7,107 bases of DNA. Origin: a virus. Shown piece by piece: positions 1-5,519 of this stretch; positions within the stretch are counted from its first letter, which is position 1, and the number at the start of each line of letters is the position of its first letter. The stretch lies in IMG/VR virus record IMGVR_UViG_3300008224_000199; one strand, 5' to 3'. Made by a program: the position numbers and the translations under genes. The notes under the pieces are model-generated. The model was not told where the DNA came from. It searched no databases and saw nothing but the letters and a program-made list of their open reading frames with translations.

Positions 1-123
1 ATAAGCGAATTATTAAAAGAAGAGGGCGTATGTAAATCGATTCAAGCTGCTAATGCTACGTCTTCTTACTATTTCATGTGGTTACAGGGTCAAACTTTTG
101 ATCTTAAAAAAACACAGGTTAGG
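1..123. repeat. Terminal redundancy, copy 1 (identical to 6985..7107). This is the signature of a circular genome linearised with overlap.
   Basis: Base-by-base comparison shows ataagcgaattattaaaaga...aaaaaacacaggttagg at both window ends. It is a 123-nt direct repeat with an offset of 6984 nt. Confidence 0.95.
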
Positions 124-294
124 ACTCATCGTGCAAGACTTCGTAAGTTAAATATTGATATTGCTGAGTCTTGCGATATTACAAAACATACTGCTGTAAG
201 AATTAAAGAAGTTAGAGAAATTGAAGTATCCACCCTTGAGACTCCAGAATGGTATCAGATGCCTAAAAAGTCTCATTTACGATTGGTGGCTTAA
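1..294 (+). CDS. Replication initiation protein (Ff gpII-like), C-terminal part. It continues 6136..7107 across the circular junction.
   Basis: Frame 1 is open from base 1 to TAA at 292-294. Bases 1-123 duplicate 6985-7107 in the same frame, so the full ORF is 6136..6984 plus 1..294 = 380 aa. The ORF-track entry 76..294 is only the stretch after an internal Met. Confidence 0.85.
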   Translation: MSELLKEEGVCKSIQAANATSSYYFMWLQGQTFDLKKTQVRTHRARLRKLNIDIAESCDITKHTAVRIKEVREIEVSTLETPEWYQMPKKSHLRLVA

Positions 295-357
295 ATTTCT
301 TTATTTGATGATAAAAAATTAAATGATTTGGTTTTAGAGCTTCAAAGTAAAAACCCA

Positions 358-480
358 ATGCCTAAAGCTTTACCTCCTAAACGTAATAAGCTTTTTAACT
401 ATTCACCTGTTCAAAGATCTTTGAATTGTTGTCAAGATCATAACAATAGAACTACTGATTTATTTAACGTAATTGACTAA
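358..480 (+). CDS. Hypothetical small basic protein (40 aa, MPKALPPKRNKLFNYSPVQRSLNCCQDHNNRTTDLFNVID)
   Basis: ATG at 358 and TAA at 478-480, in the gap between the initiator gene and the ssDNA-binding gene. It is in the same frame as the initiator, and that frame is open all the way back to the initiator stop codon. There is no clear SD and it is below the ORF-track size cutoff. Confidence 0.25.
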   Translation: MPKALPPKRNKLFNYSPVQRSLNCCQDHNNRTTDLFNVID

Positions 481-494
481 AGAGAGATAAAAAA

Positions 495-869
495 ATGCTA
501 ATAATTGAATTTGAAACTAAAAATACTGTTGATGATGATTTTCCTAATAATCGTGCTGATGCTAAACCGGGTGCTAAATGGTATGTAAGAAATCAACCTT
601 CTTTACTTTTTAAATCGGCTTCTAAATATCCTGATAAGTTTTTATTAAATTTGTCTTTTTCTTCTTCTGAAAATGAACAAAAAAGTATTGGCGGTTTTAC
701 AGAGGGTCGTTATTTTCTCGATGATGAAGCTTTTTTTCTTGATCCTCGTGATCGTAATAACCCAGCTTGTAATTTTTCAAAGTTGGTACCTGTTACCAAT
801 GCTTCTATTGATTCAAGGATTCAAGAGTTAAAAGATTTAAAGCTTTCTCTTGGTTCTAAGGTTATTTAA
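495..869 (+). CDS. ssDNA-binding protein (gpV / RstB-like), 124 aa
   Basis: It sits directly after the initiator gene, as gV does in Ff and rstB in CTXphi. A purine-rich SD (aaagagag) lies upstream. The sequence parallels M13 gpV as I recall it: MLIIEFETK / MIKVEIK, KYPDKFLLNL / EYPVLVKITL, EGRYFL / PGLYTV, SKLVPV / LRLVPA. Confidence 0.6.
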   Translation: MLIIEFETKNTVDDDFPNNRADAKPGAKWYVRNQPSLLFKSASKYPDKFLLNLSFSSSENEQKSIGGFTEGRYFLDDEAFFLDPRDRNNPACNFSKLVPVTNASIDSRIQELKDLKLSLGSKVI

Positions 870-932
870 TTTTTTAGGTCTTTAACACTACCTATTTTTT
901 AAAGTGTTTTTATTATTAATGAGTATATTACT

Positions 933-1124
933 ATGAAAAAATCTACACGCGTTCTTGGTGGTCTTGGTTTAGCTTCTGCTGCTTCTGCTTCAATGGCTGC
1001 TGTTGATGCTGGCGTTACTACTGCTTTAACTGCTGCTGGTACTGACGGTGCTACAGTTGGATCGGCTGTTTTAGTTGTAATCGTTGGTATTGCGGCTTTT
1101 AAATATATTCGTCGCGCTCTTTAG
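933..1124 (+). CDS. Major coat protein precursor (gpVIII-like), 63 aa
   Basis: A signal peptide MKKSTRVLGGLGLASAASASMA is followed by a ~41-aa mature peptide. That peptide has an acidic/small N-terminus (AVDAGVTTALTAAGTDGA), a hydrophobic core (VGSAVLVVIVGIAAF) and a basic DNA-facing C-terminus (KYIRRAL). This is the classic inovirus coat architecture. Confidence 0.85.
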   Translation: MKKSTRVLGGLGLASAASASMAAVDAGVTTALTAAGTDGATVGSAVLVVIVGIAAFKYIRRAL

Positions 1125-1145
1125 TCGCTGATTATATTTAATAGG

Positions 1146-1169
1146 AAGGGGGCTTTTGCTCCCTTTTTT
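1146..1169 (+). terminator. Rho-independent terminator-like hairpin after the major coat gene
   Basis: The stem gggggc (1148-1153) pairs with gctccc (1158-1163), with one G-U pair. The loop is tttt and a T6 run follows at 1164-1169. Flanking aa/tt extend the stem. The position is analogous to the strong terminator after gVIII in Ff phages. Confidence 0.5.
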
Positions 1170-1485
1170 AATTATGCCTAATTTATATAAATCTTACTGT
1201 TATTCATCCCTTGATGAAGTGGCTCAAGCTGTAAAATCTCAAGTTTTTACGGGTGACGGCTCTATTATTGTCGATGCTGTTGTTAATGCTTCTAGTGTTG
1301 ACATTACAACTCAACTTTTAACAAATTTTACTGTTTATTCCATTACACCGCCAGCTTGTACTAAGTTGGGTTTTGATAGTTCTTATACGGGAATTACAAC
1401 GGCTGACGCTGTTTACTATGGCTCTGCTGTTTCGCTTGTCCTAATTATTGCATGGGGCATAAAAATAATTAGAAGGGCTTTATAA
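1156..1485 (+). CDS. Membrane-anchored virion/assembly protein with a coat-protein-like C-terminal anchor (109 aa from TTG 1156, or 103 aa from ATG 1174)
   Basis: The last 21 aa, GSAVSLVLIIAWGIKIIRRAL, align without gaps to the coat C-terminus GSAVLVVIVGIAAFKYIRRAL (11/21 identical, including GSAV, K and IRRAL). The purine-rich aggaaggggg lies upstream of TTG 1156. The start is ambiguous because the terminator hairpin overlaps 1156. Confidence 0.6.
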   Translation: MLPFLIMPNLYKSYCYSSLDEVAQAVKSQVFTGDGSIIVDAVVNASSVDITTQLLTNFTVYSITPPACTKLGFDSSYTGITTADAVYYGSAVSLVLIIAWGIKIIRRAL

Positions 1486-1486
1486 A

Positions 1487-1555
1487 ATGGATGTTCCTAA
1501 CTTACTAATAATATTTTCAATTGTGGGGGCTGTATGGATCGCTATAAGCAATTGA
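1487..1555 (+). CDS. Possible 22-aa hydrophobic micro-protein (MDVPNLLIIFSIVGAVWIAISN), a candidate gpVII/gpIX-type cap protein
   Basis: The ATG is 1 nt after the preceding TAA (tataaaATG), and agaaggg lies 9 nt upstream. The peptide is a single hydrophobic helix. It overlaps the gIII-like start by 22 nt in another frame. It is too short for statistical support. Confidence 0.25.
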   Translation: MDVPNLLIIFSIVGAVWIAISN

Positions 1556-2763
1556 AAATATTTTTAACTTTTGTATTATTAACTTTTTCTAATTCTGCTT
1601 TTTCTGTTCCTGCTGGTTATGTTTCTTATTTACAAACAATATATTATCAAAATTGGGTAAATGCTGGGGGTTATGCTGCTTCTTGTCCTGATTCCCCTCA
1701 ACCTTTTACTCAAGAGGAGGGGGGTTTGACTTATGTTTATTGTGAAGATCCTAACCCAGATTGTTTACCTGAGCAATATAGAGATCCTGTGACTCAAGAA
1801 TGTATTTTTTCTCCCGATTGTGGCTCTATTAATTATGATCCTGATGGCTTTTACCCTGACGGTTTTTGTCCTAATTTACCCGTTAATGCTGATTCTCACC
1901 CTAGTATTAATTGTCAATTTCCTGAAGGTGTTGCCGCTGTTCCTGAATGTACTCTTCAAGAATGTTCTGATGGTTCTCTTTTGAATCAATTTTCAACTTG
2001 TCCATCTCCTAAAGAATGTTCTGATGGTTCTGTTGTTTATGGTGCTAGTGCTAATTGTCCGCCTGAATTATTCTTATGCTCGAATGGTGAGACTGTTTTA
2101 TCTTTAGATCAATGTCCCAGTGCTACTGAAGATGTAAAAACTTGCTGGGATTTCACTGTAGTTCCTCTTAGTTTTGATTGTGCTTTGCAGCCCATTGACA
2201 ATGGAACGCCTGTTGATCCTGAAAACCCTTTAAAAATTTGTCCTGATGGTTCCCAGATTGACGCTTTAACTCCTTGCCCTGTTTTGGTGACTGGTAGCTC
2301 AAATATTAATGATACTTCTACATCTTCGGGAAGTGAAACAACTACAACAACTACAACTAATTCTGATGGTTCTACGTCTACTTCAACTTCAACAACAACA
2401 ATCAATGAAACAACAGAAATTAATTTAGATGGTTTAAATAGTCGCTTAGATAATATTAGTAAAAACACGTTTGATGCCGCTAAATCAGGGCGTGAAATTG
2501 CTGATTATATGATCGAACCTTTTACTGATTCTTTTACGTCTGATCCTGTAACTACCGAAGAAATACCTTTTACTTTTGCTCCTGTTTCTTTGTCCTCTGG
2601 TACGGGTTGCCCAGCTCCTCAAACATATTCTATGTCTTTTGGTTCTATGACTTTTAATAATCAGCCGATTTGTGATTTTGCTAGTGGTATTAATTCAATA
2701 GTTTTGGCTGTTTGTTCAATGATTGGTGTTTATATCTTAATAGGAGGTATTAGAAATGCTTAA
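1534..2763 (+). CDS. Minor coat / host-adsorption protein (gpIII-like), 409 aa
   Basis: The signal peptide MDRYKQLKIFLTFVLLTFSNSAFS is followed by a Cys-rich N-terminal region and a Thr/Ser linker (SSGSETTTTTTTNSDGSTSTSTSTTT). The C-terminal domain has a Cys pair followed by a TM anchor (GCPAP...ICDFASGINSIVLAVCSMIGVYILIGGIRNA), as in M13 g3p. Its position after the coat genes is also consistent. Confidence 0.8.
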   Translation: MDRYKQLKIFLTFVLLTFSNSAFSVPAGYVSYLQTIYYQNWVNAGGYAASCPDSPQPFTQEEGGLTYVYCEDPNPDCLPEQYRDPVTQECIFSPDCGSINYDPDGFYPDGFCPNLPVNADSHPSINCQFPEGVAAVPECTLQECSDGSLLNQFSTCPSPKECSDGSVVYGASANCPPELFLCSNGETVLSLDQCPSATEDVKTCWDFTVVPLSFDCALQPIDNGTPVDPENPLKICPDGSQIDALTPCPVLVTGSSNINDTSTSSGSETTTTTTTNSDGSTSTSTSTTTINETTEINLDGLNSRLDNISKNTFDAAKSGREIADYMIEPFTDSFTSDPVTTEEIPFTFAPVSLSSGTGCPAPQTYSMSFGSMTFNNQPICDFASGINSIVLAVCSMIGVYILIGGIRNA

Positions 2764-3040
2764 CGCTTTAAAGCTTTTTTTTGTTGGTTTAGTTGATACT
2801 TTTGGAGCTAAAGTTTTAGCCTCGTTAGGTATGGGTTTTATTTCTTATGCTGGTTATGCTGCTGTTGTTGATACTGTCATAAGTACAGTTCAAGCTAATT
2901 TTTCTGGGATTGGTGGCGATACTCTTTCTTATATTACGCTTGCTGGTTTTCCCACTGGTTTTGGTATTATTCTCGGTTCTGTTGCTACCCGTGCCACTTT
3001 AGCGAGTTTATCTAAATTAGGTAAATTGAGTCCAGTATGA
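2756..3040 (+). CDS. Minor coat protein (gpVI / Ace-like), 94 aa hydrophobic
   Basis: The protein is strongly hydrophobic and Gly/Ala-rich with several TM-like segments. It lies between the gIII-like and Zot-like genes. Its start overlaps the gIII-like stop (ATGCTTAA) and its stop overlaps the next start (ATGA), which indicates translational coupling. Confidence 0.65.
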   Translation: MLNALKLFFVGLVDTFGAKVLASLGMGFISYAGYAAVVDTVISTVQANFSGIGGDTLSYITLAGFPTGFGIILGSVATRATLASLSKLGKLSPV

Positions 3041-4230
3041 TTAATTTAATTACAGGTGTGCCAGGTTCGGGTAAATCTGCCTATGCTTTAACTGTAATGT
3101 TAAAGGAAATAGAGCAGGGCAGACCGTTGTTTGTTCATGGTATCCCTAACTTAAAGATTCCTCATACTTTAGTAGTTTGTGATTCGCCTACCTGTGAAGT
3201 TTGTCCTAAGCCACCTGTTGAACCTATTGCGCCTGTTGAGCCTCCTGCTGATTCTCCTTTTTTCCTTTTTTATGATTATGATACTGATTTACGTAATTAT
3301 GAAAGAGAATTACATGGTTATAATGTTTTAAAAAACTCTTTTGATTCTTTGTTACGTGCTGACCAGTGGCATCTGTGGGCACCAGATGGTGCTTTATTAT
3401 TTTATGATGAAGTACAAAATGTTTATAGACCAGTTTCTTCTAGTGCAAAGATTTTACCCAGTATTGCAGCATTTGAGACTCATAGACATAAAGGCTTAGA
3501 TTTTTACCTCGTTACACAGTCACCGCTTTTAATGAATGCTAATGCAAGGCGTTTAACTGGTAAACATATCCATCTTAGACCAACGTGGGCGGGTCGTTTT
3601 CAATATGAATTTCCTGAATGTAACGATAATACTAAAAATACTTCTTCGGGCGTTAAAAGTTCTTATAAATTAAATTCTAAGGTTTTTTCTTTATATAAAT
3701 CTGCTTCACTTCATACAAAACAATCAAAGAAAATCCCGTCTGTTGTTTATGGTTTGGTTGCTATTTTCTTTATATTTGGTTTATTGGCTTATAAATTATC
3801 TGACCGTTTTGAATCTGTTGGTCAACCGGTTGCGGTTGCTTCGCCTGTTTTAAGTCCTTCATCTATTCCTTTAAAATCAAAACCTTTTAAACCTTCTTTA
3901 AATGATCGTGATTTATTTTCTGTTTCTAAATCTAAAGTTACATTTTTAGATAAATTAATGAATGATTATCGACCACGCCTTTCCGCCTTTGTTGCGCGTA
4001 GTGGCTTTGGTGGTTTAACCGGTTATGTTGAGTTTTATCAAAATAAAAATTTAGTCGAGGTTTTTAGTTTTGATGAATTACACGGTTTAGGGGTTGCAAT
4101 AGTTAAAAAGTCCTATGGTGTTGATCTTGTAACAAGTTTCGATTCTTATCCTGTTTCGAGTTGGTATTTGCCTAAGCCCAAACAAAAATTTAATTCAAAA
4201 CCACAAAAGGTAGCTTCTAATGACTCCTAA
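3037..4230 (+). CDS. zot: Assembly ATPase, Zot / gpI family, 397 aa
   Basis: Walker A is GVPGSGKS (aa 7-14) and Walker B is ALLFYDEVQNVYRP (compare Zot AFLFIDECGRIWPP). FETHRHKGLDFYLVTQSP matches Zot FDMHRHHGWDICLTTPN. KKIPS precedes a single TM segment (VVYGLVAIFFIFGLLAYKL), followed by a periplasmic C-terminal domain. Confidence 0.9.
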   Translation: MINLITGVPGSGKSAYALTVMLKEIEQGRPLFVHGIPNLKIPHTLVVCDSPTCEVCPKPPVEPIAPVEPPADSPFFLFYDYDTDLRNYERELHGYNVLKNSFDSLLRADQWHLWAPDGALLFYDEVQNVYRPVSSSAKILPSIAAFETHRHKGLDFYLVTQSPLLMNANARRLTGKHIHLRPTWAGRFQYEFPECNDNTKNTSSGVKSSYKLNSKVFSLYKSASLHTKQSKKIPSVVYGLVAIFFIFGLLAYKLSDRFESVGQPVAVASPVLSPSSIPLKSKPFKPSLNDRDLFSVSKSKVTFLDKLMNDYRPRLSAFVARSGFGGLTGYVEFYQNKNLVEVFSFDELHGLGVAIVKKSYGVDLVTSFDSYPVSSWYLPKPKQKFNSKPQKVASNDS

Positions 4231-4372
4231 AGATTGTTTTTCCTGTCCTTTTTTCCATCTTTGCGAGCGTTATCCAGCTCTTATCTATAAGGCGGCTAGT
4301 CTATGAATACAATATTTAATGTAATAATAAGAGCTTTAACACGTGATCTTTACTACTGGATTAAGAGAAAAA

Positions 4373-4567
4373 TCACTCGTCTTTAATAATTTGGTAATAA
4401 CTCACTAAAGCTACTTCTATCAACTCCGCGTTGCTCTCTGGTTGTCGTTTCAGCCATTCAAGTAAGTAGGGCGGTAACTTAATCCCTAATTGTTTTTTCT
4501 TGTCCTCTTTGAATGGTCTCCCGCCTTTGTTTTTCTCTATTTGTGCCATTAGTTTACACTTCCGCAT
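4373..4567 (-). CDS. Ribbon-helix-helix (CopG/Arc-like) DNA-binding protein, 64 aa, or 58 aa if it starts at 4549
   Basis: A basic N-terminal tail (KNKGGRPFKEDKKK) is followed by a predicted beta strand (QLGIKLP), helix A (PYLLEWLKRQ) and helix B (NAELIEVALVSYY). The Met at 4549 forms a TAATG stop/start overlap with the upstream ORF. Confidence 0.65.
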   Translation of the reverse strand: MRKCKLMAQIEKNKGGRPFKEDKKKQLGIKLPPYLLEWLKRQPESNAELIEVALVSYYQIIKDE

Positions 4568-4752
4568 TTTAGTCGTTTAAAGTAGTTTTTAGCCTTGTTC
4601 TCTGTATTCCATTGCTTTATTAACCCTTTTTCTTCTATGTCGCATATTGCGCCTTTATATTCTGTTTGACCTGTGAATCCGTCATAATCATTAATACAAA
4701 TGTTAAATAATTCAGGGTTTAGTTTTATTTCTTTGATTGAGATAGTAGCCAT
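4549..4752 (-). CDS. Hypothetical protein, 67 aa; first gene of the minus-strand operon
   Basis: ATG at 4752 is preceded on the minus strand by AAAGGA plus an A-run spacer. The composition is non-repetitive and protein-like (MATISIKEIKLNPELFNICINDYDGFTGQTEYKGAICDIEEKGLIKQW...). It is coupled to the RHH gene. I recognise no family. Confidence 0.55.
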   Translation of the reverse strand: MATISIKEIKLNPELFNICINDYDGFTGQTEYKGAICDIEEKGLIKQWNTENKAKNYFKRLKCGSVN

Positions 4753-4787
4753 TTTTTTTCCTTTCTAAGTTTCTCTAAGTTAGTTGT

Positions 4788-4865
4788 AGTATATACCTAA
4801 ACACTTGCTTTGTCTAGTTAAAGTATATATTAAAACCACCTAAAACAACTAAAAAAGTATATACC
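4788..4865 (-). promoter_or_regulatory. Promoter/operator region of the minus-strand operon, with three evenly spaced AGTATATA(C/T)(C/T) sites
   Basis: agtatatacc is at 4788-4797, agtatatatt at 4822-4831 and agtatatacc at 4856-4865. The centre-to-centre spacing is exactly 34 bp, and sites 1 and 3 contain the perfect palindrome GTATATAC. On the minus strand the middle site overlaps -10-like TAATAT/TATACT. A tctaagtt direct repeat (4764-4771, 4774-4781) lies in the leader. Confidence 0.45.
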
Positions 4866-4943
4866 TTTTCTAGCTCTTTAGAGCCTGTTTAAGCGTCTTT
4901 TTCTCTACCTTTACCGCTAGTACCTAAAATCAATTATCGTCAA

Positions 4944-5191
4944 AATCCTTACTTATCAATAACTTACGAATCCTTTAAAATCAATAACTTACATCATTTT
5001 TATACTTGTAACATTTAATCAAGTATTGAATTGAAAACAGACGAGCCTAGCCCACATTCTTCCTTTCACCTTCGATACTCTCATAAAATAAAACCTGTAC
5101 TTATTTCGATTCCTCATAATTTCGCCTGTTTGATTTTATGTAACAGTAATCAACTTGAATCCTTACAATTTCGCCTGACCCCATAAAATAA
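4944..5191. repeat. Iteron-like direct-repeat field in non-coding DNA
   Basis: atcaataacttac occurs at 4955-4967 and 4980-4992. A 21-mer, ga(t/a)tcct(c/t)a(t/c)aatttcgcctg, occurs at 5108-5128 and 5157-5177 (49 bp apart). cataaaataa occurs at 5082-5091 and 5182-5191 (100 bp apart). aatccttac occurs at 4944-4952 and 5158-5166. Confidence 0.6.
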
Positions 5192-5280
5192 GAACAAAAA
5201 CCACTTCACACTAACAAATGCCTTTTTTTAGAAATGATATTCGTGATTTCGTTTACAGGTAAAACATAAGTAAACATTAA

Positions 5281-5337
5281 GACGATTGACGACGAATGAC
5301 GACGACTCACGGAGGAGGATGGAGGAGGATTGAGGAT
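5281..5337. repeat. Purine-rich short tandem repeats (TGACGACGA-type followed by GGAGGAGGAT-type)
   Basis: The sequence reads gacgattgacgacgaatgacgacgac, then ggaggaggat ggaggaggat tgaggat. It is a locally GC/purine-rich island in an otherwise AT-rich intergenic region. Confidence 0.7.
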
Positions 5338-5380
5338 TTTTTCTTTTCCAGCGGTCGCGGTTGCCATTGATAAGAATGTG

Positions 5381-5426
5381 AGAGTCCACATACTATAACC
5401 AGTGGACTCTTGTCCCGTATCTGGAA
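5381..5426 (+). other. (+)-strand replication origin core (Ff-type nicking hairpin plus initiator-binding region)
   Basis: There is a perfect 9-bp inverted repeat, agagtccac (5381-5389) / gtggactct (5402-5410), with a 12-nt loop, followed by tgtcccgtatctggaa. Compare the f1/M13 origin as I recall it: GAGTCCAC-GTTCTTTAATA-GTGGACTCTTGTTCCAAACTGGAAC. The genome also encodes a gpII-like initiator. Confidence 0.65.
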
Positions 5427-5519
5427 TTTAGCACATATATTTTTCTTTTTTGTTTACAAGTCGTAGTGTTATCGGTATAAGCAAAAAATCGCAATATCGT
5501 GTTTTGGGGGTTTGGTGCG

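Noticed and set aside
76-294. The ORF-track 72-aa ORF read as an independent gene
   Set aside because: It is the in-frame C-terminal end of the 380-aa initiator, which wraps around the circular junction. An Ff gpX-like internal-start product is conceivable, but the sequence alone cannot support it.
882-932. A sigma70 promoter in front of the coat gene (ttaaca ... tattaat)
   Set aside because: The spacing between the -35-like and -10-like hexamers is about 23 nt and does not fit. In such AT-rich DNA, -10-like strings occur by chance.
2109-2468. 119-aa minus-strand ORF
   Set aside because: It lies entirely antisense within the gIII-like gene. Its Val-run low complexity (VVVEVEVDVEPSELVVVVVVV) is simply the complement of the Thr/Ser linker, and it has no start context.
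4373-4752. Calling the 67-aa/RHH pair a toxin-antitoxin system outright
   Set aside because: Only the RHH fold pattern is recognisable. The 67-aa protein matches no toxin family that I can identify by eye. The gene order (unknown gene first, RHH second) is atypical for RHH antitoxin modules. I keep it as one hypothesis only.
5206-5391. 61-aa minus-strand ORF
   Set aside because: Its sequence is low complexity (PPPSSSVSRRHSSS) and is generated by the purine-rich tandem repeats. It runs into the origin hairpin and I found no SD. I treat it as non-coding.
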